In this document: piece by piece, positions 12,407 through 23,820 of the stretch | How the letters are laid out: every line of letters starts with the position of its first letter | Numbering within the stretch: the first letter of the stretch is position 1 | DNA from: Girardia tigrina | Taxonomy: Eukaryota | Direction: 5' to 3' | Assembly: GCA_001938485.1 (NCBI GenBank) | Contig: MQRK01197295.1 | Span: 8,506-68,792, forward strand | Length of the DNA: 60,287 nucleotides | Translations under genes and position numbers: made by a program | Notes under the pieces: generated by a model | What the model saw: only the letters and a program-made list of their open reading frames with translations | What the model was told of the DNA's origin: nothing | Database searches by the model: none

Positions 12407-13520
12407 ATAGGTTGTCAAGTATGAAATTTGTACGCCTTATTACAATAAATTCAAATGGTTACAATTTGACACTGGCTTAACATTTTGTTGCTCAGTTTTT
12501 TGTTTGAATGTTGCATATCTTGGCTATTGAACTCTTCAACAAACATTAATTAAAATTATCGATAACTTTTTTTAATAATCAGTATTTTACAAATTAGAAA
12601 AGACAGTAATTCGAACTATTAGGAAGTAAGAGTTCCTACGTCAAACCTCATATTAAGAAGAATTGGGTATTTAGATGCATTGCTACTGTTGCTACTATAC
12701 AGTCTCAAATTAGTTTCGGAAATTTGTGAAAGACAACTTTAACCTCAAGAATGAATCTTGGGGTCGCCCAGGAACGTAGGCAGACAATGACGAAATGAAG
12801 GTAACCGTGGAGTCGGATCCATCACAAAGTCCTCATAATTTATCTCTAACGTTTGTTGTTACAAAGCTAACAAAATTAAATCACTGGGCTGAAAGTTGGT
12901 AAAGTAAAAAAGTTCGATAAGTAGATTCCACATGAGTCAAATGAAAAGCAGAAACAAAAACGTTTGGATGCATGTTTAATAATGCTTTCTTGGTATAATT
13001 CTGATCAGTTTTTGAAATTAATCGTCCCTTGCGGTGAAAAATGGATCCAATATTATAATTTGAAACGTTCAGCAAGTTGAGATGACACGAATGAAATACC
13101 AAAACGTAGTCCAACGCACAACATGAATCAAAATAAGCTGATAATGAGTGTTTGGTAGTCAGCCGCAGGTTTATTTCATTATAATTCCAAAAAATCTGGT
13201 GTGTCGATTTCAGAATATGTCTACTGCAACCAATTAGTAGAAATGATGCGGAAACTCAGAAAAAAATGCTGCGTTTGGTAAACAGCCAGACTTCCATCGT
13301 GCTGCATGACAATGCAAAACCAATATTCACTTACGATCGTATAAAACTACATGAATCTTAGTTGGAACTTCTACATCATCATCCATATCCACCTGACTAC
13401 CATTTCTTCCTTAATTTGAATGCCAAAAAATGACCCTCTAGTAATTTATAGATTCTCGTCCACCAAATTTTTTAAATAGGAGAATTAATTAAATAATTAA
13501 AATTCTTAAGTAGTTAACGT
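12407..13520 (+). mobile_element. Degenerate mariner (cecropia-like)
   Basis: Left TIR ATAGGTTGTCAAGTATGAAATTTG; remnants VKKFDK*IPHE, WIQYYNLKRS, LIMSVW*SAAG, LHDNAKP, HHHPYPPD-YHFF. Confidence 0.85.
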
Positions 13521-14349
13521 ACATTTGTTGTAAAATTTGATGATGAATAATTAAGAAAATTAAAATTTAAAAAAATATATAAATAAGTATTTTTGTAAAT
13601 TCTAAAAAGTAATATGGTAAATTTTAGAATCAATAAATAATAAATAATATAAATATTTTTAAAAATTTAGAATTAATAATCAATAATCAAAATCTAGTTT
13701 TAAGAGTTACAGATTTAATAATAATAATTTTAATAAGATTTAAATAAGTTGAAAATACTTTAAAAATTAAAAAAAATGAATTATTTAAAATATTAAAATT
13801 CAGGAAATGATTAGTAAAATTTGTTCGATTTTTTTTTGTTTTTATTAATCTTTTTTTTCGGTTTCTTGTAATTGATATTTTTATTTTGATGAATTTGAAT
13901 ATTGATGTAACTAACAGTTTGAAATATATATGAAGAGATTTGGAAAAGGATGTGTTCTTCAGGGCCTCATCTATTGATTGTCACAATGTAAACGATTTCC
14001 ATTCCTGCGAAGAATGTCATTCATTTGATCTAACAAAGTAAAAGATTGGTAATTAAAAAATCGGTTTGGAATAGTTATGAAAATTTATGCTTGACGTAAC
14101 ATATTTGATTGAATAAGATCAATCTTTTGTTCTTAGAGTCAGATTTAATATCAAATATTACCAGAATAACGAAAATAATATTCATAATTCAAAAAATAAT
14201 AATTAATAATTAATAAAAATAATTAATGAAGTTAGGCCCTGTTAATAATATTTATATTTATAAATAATAATTTATTATTAATATAAATTATATTTGTTAT
14301 AACCTACGAGTTGTTTAAACAAATAATTTATTAAGGTAATTTAAAGACA

Positions 14350-15100
14350 TATAATTTTTAGTAATACATTACGACTGATCCATGAATTTTCCTGATCAAA
14401 AGGATGTTAACTAAGGCATTAAATTGGTCAACAATCCAAGACTCCGTTGTGATTATCTGTATTGTGAATCATTATTGATCAGACATGAATAGAATCTATG
14501 AAAATAACTTTTTACATAAATAATTAAGATTCTATTAGGTTATTGTCAATATTGGATTTACTTCTTTCGTTCAAAAGAGTGTCTCATATAATAAATTAGG
14601 AGTAGCACGTTGAGCAACCGTATTATATTTTTCATGACACGATGAACAAAATATTTTCTTTTCTATTAAATGATGCAGCTTCGTAAATTACACTACAAAT
14701 TCACCCTTTGTGTACCCTGTAATGATGATGAAATAAGACTCCTCTTAATCTATAAGACTACCGTATTGTTCAGTTGATACAGCTATTCCTATCTATAAAA
14801 ATAGGTCTGAATTAGTAACAAATGAGCATGTTCGGTATACAAATTAAAGTTACGAGAGGTATGGCAAAACCTGGCTAGAAGTATAAATTATCTACACCAT
14901 TAGAAGGACATTTAAAATATCTAGAATTAATAAGTATGAGCAACCTTTAAAATATCATCATATCAACAATATCAGCATCACTAAATATCTTTTGATCTTG
15001 ATTTATATTATTCTTACTATACCTGTATTAGAAGGATGTATTAATTTGTTACGCTTTTACTATTAAAGAATTCCAATATATAGTTTATTTATGTTACAAA
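14350..15100 (-). mobile_element. Decayed Ty3/Gypsy pol fragment (RNase H region)
   Basis: Minus-strand RNFNLYTEHAHL resembles the F.LYTDH.PL motif; IFSDA lies upstream. No long ORF. Confidence 0.35.
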
Positions 15101-15599
15101 ATTTATTGTACTTGAACTTATTTTAAAAGTTCTCGAATATTCAATTAAAATTTTATCAATAAACACCATTATGAAATATTTAGATGGTTTCGCCGTTATT
15201 ACTTATGTAACATAAATCAACAACTAGACAATGTAGTTGAAAGTGCCGCTTGAACATAGAATTTTGATCACGAAATCTTATTAACAATGTCTCTATATTA
15301 TACACTTTCCATTAATTTTTAAAATACTTGTACAGAATCATGAAATCATTTTTACTCAAGTTACGCGTATAAGTTTTCCAAAGCCGAGTAATTGTTATTT
15401 TAGCCATTTTTGAGAGACTAAATATACAAGATGTGCTTTCAGAATGGAAATTTTATGATGTTTGAATTCATCAGACTAAGACAAGCATATTGTGTATAGA
15501 GGTACGTAAAAATGAACTTAGATGTTTAGATCCATCTCATCTCGCATTCTTCTCTTTTAATAAATTTATATATATAGCCTCAAAAGTGAGTCTTTAAGA

Positions 15600-15970
15600 A
15601 AATCATTTGCAGCAATATATGTAGTGAGACAGTGGTTTCAATCAAATCCAAAGTTAACAGCTTGTTCTCTGATTTATAAATTTAATTTTCATGAGTGCGT
15701 AAACTCACAAATCGAAGAGAGGAATCGTCATCTCAAAACCCGGATTAGTAAACATTTTCAATTCAGTCGATCGATTAAGGTTCTTGAGAATACTTTAACG
15801 ACCCATTAATTAAATTCAAAATTGACAAAATAAGGTCGTCTCAATTCTTAAAATCTTTAATTATAATTTAAATTTAAATTCTAGCATTTTACTGAATTTT
15901 TTAATAATTATTTATAACAAACTATAATTACTGATGATGACGTATGAAACATCAAAATATGTACAATGAT
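15600..15970 (+). mobile_element. Penelope-like 3' fragment (GIY-YIG remnant), same family as the 5.2-6.9 kb element
   Basis: LIYKFNFHEC..ERNRHLKTRISKH. Shares CTCAAAACCCGGATTAG...AGTCGATCGA.TAAGGTTCTTGA with the minus-strand element near 5650-5700. Confidence 0.8.
15928..15966 (+). ncRNA. Degenerate hammerhead ribozyme of a PLE, probably inactive
   Basis: CTGATGA-T-GACGT[ATGAA]ACATC-AAAATATGTA-CAA; homologous to the 5175-5216 motif but GAAA is changed to AAAA. Confidence 0.55.
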
Positions 15971-16005
15971 GATTTTTTTAAAACAGTCTTTCACTAAGTT
16001 ATTTT

Positions 16006-16178
16006 TAAGGTGTACAAGTATGAAATGCGGATTTCAGAAAACGGATTGTGCACAATGCAACGCAAACACAAAACCAACTGGCAGAGCAATTAAGTGTTAC
16101 TCAACAAGCTGTTAGCAATCGCCTCAGGCAGATGGGAAAGATTCATAAGATCGGCCGATGGGTACCATATCAATTGAA
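16006..16178 (+). mobile_element. Internally deleted mariner 5' end (mauritiana/Mos1-like), running into a gap
   Basis: TIR-like TAAGGTGTACAAGTATGAAATGCGG followed directly by QTQNQLAEQLSVTQQAVSNRLRQMGKIHKIGRWVPYQL (WVPHEL motif). Confidence 0.88.
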
Positions 16179-17370
16179 NNNNNNNNNNNNNNNNNNNNNN
16201 NNNNNNNNNNNNNNNNNNNNNNNNNNNNNNNNNNNNNNNNNNNNNNNNNNNNNNNNNNNNNNNNNNNNNNNNNNNNNNNNNNNNNNNNNNNNNNNNNNNN
16301 NNNNNNNNNNNNNNNNNNNNNNNNNNNNNNNNNNNNNNNNNNNNNNNNNNNNNNNNNNNNNNNNNNNNNNNNNNNNNNNNNNNNNNNNNNNNNNNNNNNN
16401 NNNNNNNNNNNNNNNNNNNNNNNNNNNNNNNNNNNNNNNNNNNNNNNNNNNNNNNNNNNNNNNNNNNNNNNNNNNNNNNNNNNNNNNNNNNNNNNNNNNN
16501 NNNNNNNNNNNNNNNNNNNNNNNNNNNNNNNNNNNNNNNNNNNNNNNNNNNNNNNNNNNNNNNNNNNNNNNNNNNNNNNNNNNNNNNNNNNNNNNNNNNN
16601 NNNNNNNNNNNNNNNNNNNNNNNNNNNNNNNNNNNNNNNNNNNNNNNNNNNNNNNNNNNNNNNNNNNNNNNNNNNNNNNNNNNNNNNNNNNNNNNNNNNN
16701 NNNNNNNNNNNNNNNNNNNNNNNNNNNNNNNNNNNNNNNNNNNNNNNNNNNNNNNNNNNNNNNNNNNNNNNNNNNNNNNNNNNNNNNNNNNNNNNNNNNN
16801 NNNNNNNNNNNNNNNNNNNNNNNNNNNNNNNNNNNNNNNATATATACTATCTAAATATATCACCATTAAATATATTTCAATGAAATTTATTATTTGTTTG
16901 ATAAAATTGCCATTATTTTTAAATTTATTTATATTATTAAATAACCATTTAAAAACACATACAAAGGCGGGCCATTGGAAGATAAACCACAATAACTATG
17001 AAAACACATCTTAGGGAATACAATTTTGTCCTTGTGATCCTCAGGCAGTAACTGTCTAATTAAATTTATACATCCAAACTAATGTCAAAAAAGTTTAGGA
17101 TGAGCATTATTTTTCGAAAATATAATATTTTATAATTTATTTTTCCCTTCAAAAGAGAATTTTATTTTTCAACAAAGGTAAAATCATATTATGCGAAATC
17201 TTTTTTTATTTATATTTTATTTATATTTTTATAAAAAAGATAATTCCCCTTTATAATCTTAGAATTTTGTTCTAAATTATGGTATATGATTGTGAAGTGT
17301 TAGCATAATATATATGGAAAATATTAAATGTAAAAAAATATTGTAAAAAATTGTGTGAATGTAAAAAATA

Positions 17371-17730
17371 GGCAACTCGTTACACGGACATAGGAAATAC
17401 GGGTCGATCTTTGTCGATGAGGCCAGTCTCGCTAACACCGAGTCCGAGATGAAGAATTTTGAGTTGGAGAGTTTCACGATCAATTCGCACATTGATTCAG
17501 AGTTGCACCATTACCATCACCACAACACAAAGAATCAGATGATTGTTATAAAACAATTAAAATATATGGGCCCAGCTCAATCAAAACTTCAAGAATTGAC
17601 TGCGTAACCCGACTGCATCAGTCTGATTCTCGGGGCAACCTAAGGGTCGGGCAGAACAAAGCCTTTAATGCTTGTGCATAATTGAGTGCACTCACATCCA
17701 AACGGCTACGATACCAAAAAAAGAAAAAAA
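17371..17730 (+). mobile_element. Probable 5'-truncated non-LTR retroelement 3' end sharing its tail with the SINE
   Basis: GC-elevated island with a 78-codon open frame ending TAA at 17605-17607, then TGCTTGTGCATAATTGAGTGCAC...CCAAACGGCTACGATACC plus poly(A), matching 2054-2108. Confidence 0.65.
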
Positions 17731-20660
17731 TTTAATTGAAAGTTTTGTTATAAAAATCTTTCCTGTAATATTTTCTTAAAGAAATGGATAGCTCTGATCA
17801 AAGTGTAAGAAATATTCTTCTAAATTAAACTACCCTGACTGTTTTTGGACACCTTCGTCATTGGAAGCGATTTATTATTGATTTTACTCGTGGTAAAGGT
17901 GCGCCATGTCATTGCATTTGGCTGACCGCGTGAATTCTTTTTTCACGTGTCTATCTGCCAGACTTCGTCCGTCTCTCATAGTTCCTGATGATTGATTCGG
18001 GTTGATTCGTAGAAATCGGACCCATTCAGTCGGTACTTCAGTCGTAATAAAAAAAATCGTACATCTAAGTAATGTCCGTAAAGTCTAAATATCCAAATAA
18101 AGGATTATATTTTGTTAAATTATTTCCTCCGTGAAAACAAATCAATAAGTATTTTTCTCCAGAGAAATATTTTTATACAAACAAGTCTTATTAGAATTTT
18201 TTTGGAATGCGCATTAAAAATATGAAAAACTAATTAATTAATAATAACAAAAATTGACAAATTTCAATAGTGTTTCTGAATTGACATTTGTAGGATGATT
18301 AAGCCATTTGGTTGTCTCGGAGAATGTCATTAAGCAGCACTGCACAGAATATTATCATTTGATGAAGACATCAACCGATGCTCCTCCGGCAAATCCATTC
18401 TCCCAAACCGCGCGGAAGAGTGTGGGAAAGCGGGAGACATGAATCACTCTCTCTTGCATAGATGACTGATATAATCTGGAAATGATCATCGAATATTACG
18501 ATTCTCTGGGCAAAGAAATATATGACCCAGTTTATCTTAATTTGAGCATATTTATTTTTATTAGATTAGAATTGTCTAGATAATGTCTTCTGGAAAATCT
18601 GAAGATGAGAATTTCGTCAATGAAACATTCGCTCTGCCATCTCTGCCAGAGTGACGTTTAAGTGACTAATTGATAAGCGTTTGAGCAATGTTCCAAACGA
18701 CTTTCTTTTACTTAACGCATATAAAAAGAATAAAAAACCTGATTTATTTTAATCAATCAATCAGTTTTCCAATAATATTTGACAGGAAATATTTACTGAG
18801 GGCTTTTAGGCTTATAAAAATAAATATTATGAATTTATTTGATTTCCTATCTCCAGATTTTGAATATTCAAGTGCGGCCAAGGAGCAGAATGAAGTTAGC
18901 AATTATAAGGATTATTCAATGGAGTTCGAAATAGTTTGGACCTTGTCCTTCTTTTGGATCACGTCTTGAATTTTACATTGCACTTAACGCAAGTAGCACT
19001 TTTGTTCACAGATAATGGAGGGTGTTTACAAAGTTTTTGTGCTATTTAAACTCAAATAACTTTTGATCAAGGCATAGAAAAATTGTCTATTGCGCATGAA
19101 AGTTTGTTTCTTCAAACGTTATCAATGGTTTGGAATTTCGGAAATGACTGAGTCTATGTCTATTCTATGGAATATGAAATCATTTTAATCCTTTTAAATT
19201 TGATTGTATGTTATTGCTTGCAGAGTTAAAGCCTGTTGCCACAATGATGAGAAGATTTCAGTCTTAAAAGAAGAAAACTGCATCACATAAAATCTAATGA
19301 AACTTGGATGAAAAAGTTACAATAAATACAATCAGTTTACACCTTGACGAGGATGAGCAGCAAAAAAATTTGAGACAGTTACGCATCTTAAGAAAGCATT
19401 TTAACAAAGCCTATAAAAATTGCGACGTACATTATGAAATGAAAATTTTAGTTTTTTCTTTTCCAATTAGACCATCGAAACAAAATTATACAGATACTCT
19501 TACTTAATTTAACGGTGTAAATGTTCAAAGAAAAAAAGGTTGTTTGTATTAATTGTTAAAGTGTGCAGCCAATCAATCAGCTGATTGGAATACTCTTGAA
19601 AATTTGGTGGTTTCTACCCGATAAAGAGTCTACGATTCAATACTCTGTGTGCCAATGGTGTTGTTGATTTTAAAAATTGTTGTAGGAAAATACGTTAAAA
19701 TAAAACTACAAAAATAAAATTTAAAATTATCTACAAAAGTTTAACATATAAAATTTTAGGATTAACATAAATTAAGACAAAAACTATATTGTACTATAAT
19801 AAATAAATATAAGGATTAAAAAATTTATTAATAAATTAAAATCATATTTAATTTCATTGAAAGTAAAATTTTTAGACATTATAAAATTAAAATTAAATTG
19901 TAATGTAATATTATTTAATGAAGCCACAAAATAAAATATCACAATTTAAAATTAGGATTAACGGTACGAAACTAAAACCAAATATATGAAATTTAATGTT
20001 TTAAAAATGATTAACATTTTATGTTAATAAAAAATTATATTAAATTGAAAAGGAAAGACGAAATAAAATTTAACAAAAATTGTAACAAGTAATAAAATTA
20101 ATTTTAAACTATAAACATCAATTTAAAAAATTTAAATTTATATCGATATTTATTTTATTTATTTATTTTTATTTGTTTGTGCAAAATAAGAAAACATCGG
20201 TCGTCAGAAATTTGTTTTTAAAAATAAATAATTTTTATAGAAATAAATTTTATTATTATGAATTCTCTTTTTGATCACGAACCTCACTAATAATAATACT
20301 ATTAAAAAACTGAAACTATTTATTTAAATATGTTTTAAAATTAAAATTATTATTATATAAAGTATATCAAAATTTTCAATAAATAGTTGAATATTCTTTA
20401 CAATTTACTGAGAATAGAAAATCAAATTTAATATTGGTTTACAATAGAAAAAAGTTTTAAAACGCATTTCAACGAAAATAAGCAAAAGCGCTAATTCACG
20501 TAGCTGTTGGCATACGGATATTGTGTCTTTCATTTCACTGAAAATGCTTCTCTAAAACTGTAATCCAATACATTGATCTTGCATGATAAACTTTAATTAA
20601 TATTGGCATTTAAATAATTTTTAACAGTGGAAAATGATTTTTATATTCTTTTCCATTCAG

Positions 20661-20868
20661 AGTCAGTGATCCTTGTATCCTCTGGTGCTACCCGCCGAGT
20701 TCGATTTCCGCCGCAACAACCGCTAACATCTTCATTACTGAAACTGGTCTTCAATCTGATATTTCCTCCTCCAAGCACTCAGATCGACGATAACCAGAAC
20801 CAATATAATCAAAATTTGTATATGCTTGATTGCAGCCGTCAAGAATTTGTTCCACTAAGTAGCACAGA
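20661..20868 (+). CDS. Possible internal exon of an unknown gene
   Basis: TTCAG acceptor, GTAAGG donor, open frame ESVILVSSGATRRVRFPPQQPL...STE, raised GC. No homology recognised. Confidence 0.25.
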
Positions 20869-21465
20869 GTAAGGGCTTACATTTACTTAATTTTCAAACT
20901 ATTTCTTTTAAAACAAGAAATTTATGAAATTAATCTAAAGTGAATAATTTTCTTACGAGTATTCTTACTTGGCAAGCCCTTATTTTTTAATTTTTTATCT
21001 AAACTAAAAACAAAATCTTTCTATAGATTTTAATGGCTTGATCTATTGAGTTGTTACGAAAACAAAATTTTAATAGGTAAAATATTTTTAAAGAGGTAAA
21101 TATTGCAATGTGAATGGGATAGCTATATGTATAGGACAGGCTCACTCTTAAAATTTTTGAAAAAATTAATTTTTATAAAGAATTTCTAAAATAAGGAAAT
21201 ATTTAAAATCAAAAGTTTTATAAGCAATTATAATTAAAAAAATATATTTTAATTAATTTAAAAAATTATTTTCGGAAATAATCAAATTTTAATTGTAGAG
21301 TAAAAACTTAAAATGAAATTAATTAGGAAATAATCGATTTTTAAATAATTGATTTAAAAGAAATATATAAAGACAAGGACAATTATGTTTGTACTAATTT
21401 TAAAAGTTATTCTAAAAAATAAAATAAAATTTGTTGTTAATGAATTATAATTTTGATCAAGAACC

Positions 21466-21469
<4 letters not shown>

Positions 21470-21500
<31 letters not shown>

Positions 21501-21550
21501 NNNNNNNNNNNNNNNNNNNNNNNNNNNNNNNNNNNNNNNNNNNNNNNNNN

Positions 21551-21579
<29 letters not shown>
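21470..21579. repeat. (AT)n microsatellite spanning a gap
   Basis: AT dinucleotide runs on both sides of 50 N. Confidence 0.95.
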
Positions 21580-21582
<3 letters not shown>

Positions 21583-23351
21583 TAATTATCTGTTAAAAAA
21601 TTGAAAATTAATAATAAAAAGTTGCGTTTGTTTATTTAAATCAACAGTTTTGATAAAACTTGAATTTGTTTTGAATTGATAATGCGATAATTAAATAAAA
21701 TTTTCGTGTTGTTTTGATTCTACTATTGTTTTTCAAGAACAGTTTGAATTCGTTGATTGATCAAACTAAGAATTTTGTGTATGTTGGAATGAGATTATAT
21801 CTGTTAACAATAGGGAGCACTTTGTTGTCGGCCACGAAGATCACGAGCGCCTTTTGCCAGAAAAAGCAGTTCTATCCCTCAGTGATTTGCATAACGAAGA
21901 GCAACGTTTCAATAGCTGCACTCTATCTTCAGACTTTTGTGTTTATAATTATCATTAGTAAATTGTTCGCAAGATCTTCATTGGACAACTCAGATCGGCT
22001 GAAGTTGAGCATCTGAGAGAATGTGGTACGCGATCACCGAAACGTGTCTGGCGTTCACGGTGTTTCAGGATGACTTTAGCTCGAAATTCATTGCTATGTT
22101 TATTAATAAAATCAATTTACCATTTTATTGTTTTTCTAATGTTTTTACTGACTCACTGAAGATAGAGTCGACTTCACTGAAAGGAGTCCTGTTATAGAAT
22201 AATTAGCATTATAGCTTTATCATCAACAGAGGACCACACATTCATCATCTATGCGTATCAAGTAACGGTTACGCAACTGATTTTCGGTTTTGAATACACC
22301 ATTCTCAAATTGAGTATTTTGGTGATTCTCTTTCGGTAAGTTCTTCTTACAATTGACAGTCGTCACGAAACACCATGGAATTAGAACGCTACATTCATAC
22401 TATATATTGATCTTATAAGAGATTTTCTAAAGCTTACTTTACATTTGTTATCTTTATTTATTATGAGAAACGTGCAACAACGAAAAACAAATGATCGACG
22501 ACCAAATCAGAATCAAACTTCTACTACTAAAAATGCTTTTTCTTCTTTTAAAATTTTATAAAATTATTGTTATTGTTTTTAATTAATTATTTTTATATTA
22601 AAATTTATATTAATGGTATTAGACTTAAATTTGAAAATTTTCATATACTTTTTGAAATATTTTTGTCATTTGTTTTTTGTTTGTTTCACCAATATCATTT
22701 ATTTATTTCATCCTTTTTTTCTTTTTTTAAATTTTAAAATTATATCAATTGTTTTTTATTAGTTAAGTTATTATTTAAATTAAATATTTAAAACTTTGCT
22801 TTTATTTATGCTTTTGAGTATTGAATTAAAAATTATTGAATTAAACATTTTTTTAAATATTTGTTTTTAATTTTTAAATGTTTATGCTAATGTTTTAATG
22901 GAACATATGTTAGTTTTTTGTGGTATTTTTTAAATTACTTTATTAATTTTGAAATATAGCTTTAATATATTAAATTAATTTGCCTTAACTCTTATAATTT
23001 CAAATTGCTCATATTTAAAAAAATTCTATATATGATTTGGGATTTTTACTTAATTTAAAATTAATTTTATTTTAATTTTTGAAATGATAATATTAAATTT
23101 GAATTTTCTTAATAAATTACTTAGCAAGATGAAATATTAACTACATCTTTTGAGTACATATAAAAATTTATTCGCATTTTTAGTAAAAACACCGTTTATA
23201 AAGTTATACCTAAAGTTATAATCAGCAATAACTTCATTCAGTGGAAATAATACTATTAAAAAATATTTTTTTAATAGACGAAAAATATAATAAACTCTAA
23301 AGGTCTGCTCTGTTTCGAATGGTTCCAAAAATAAATTACGTAATTTTATGG

Positions 23352-23477
23352 TTAAGCAATCTTTTTAAAAGCTTTATAATTATTAAGAACACCAATTTGA
23401 CTTTTCATATTTTTATTTACACAACAATTTTGATTGTGCTTAAGACAATCTTTGTCAAAGCTTTTGTACAATTACAT
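23352..23477 (-). pseudogene. Orphan Cys/Asn-rich family member C (stop at codon 2)
   Basis: M*LYKSFDKDCLKHNQNCCVNKNMKSQIGVLNNYKAFKKIA* aligns without gaps to the 33660 ORF (Y.SF......N.NC..NK....QI.VLNN); 262 bp downstream of the motif. Confidence 0.6.
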
Positions 23478-23738
23478 TCTAAACTAAATTGATTCATGAA
23501 TTAAGTCTTATTATTTTCTTTAGTAAATGGAGAAATAAATATTTTAATAAAATATTTACTCAAAACTTATTGGATAATAATTAAAATGATTATTAATTAT
23601 TTAAAAAATATTAATTTGAATTATTTATTAAAAATTGTAAAAACTAATTAACTAATTTAATATTTTAAAATTATTTACAATTAAAAATAAATTTAAACAT
23701 TACATTATTTTAGATAATAAGATTTCAAATATTAATCA

Positions 23739-23820
23739 TCCATCTGGGTATGGGAGACGCAATCCCAAATCAGCGCACAACATTCAAACACAAAATATCA
23801 AACATTCAAAATATTCCTCA
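23739..23820 (-). promoter_or_regulatory. Conserved upstream motif, copy C
   Basis: TGAGGAATATTTTGAATG...GGGATTGCGTCTCCCATACCCAGATGGA on the minus strand. Confidence 0.6.

Noticed and set aside
16090-16992. Long ORFs spanning N-runs (also 43188-44075 and 58045-58612)
   Set aside because: Their length comes from gaps translated as X.
22156-22190. CTGAAGA...GAAA hammerhead-like string (similar strings near 17985, 18599 and 36435)
   Set aside because: Stems I and III do not pair and there is no adjacent PLE.
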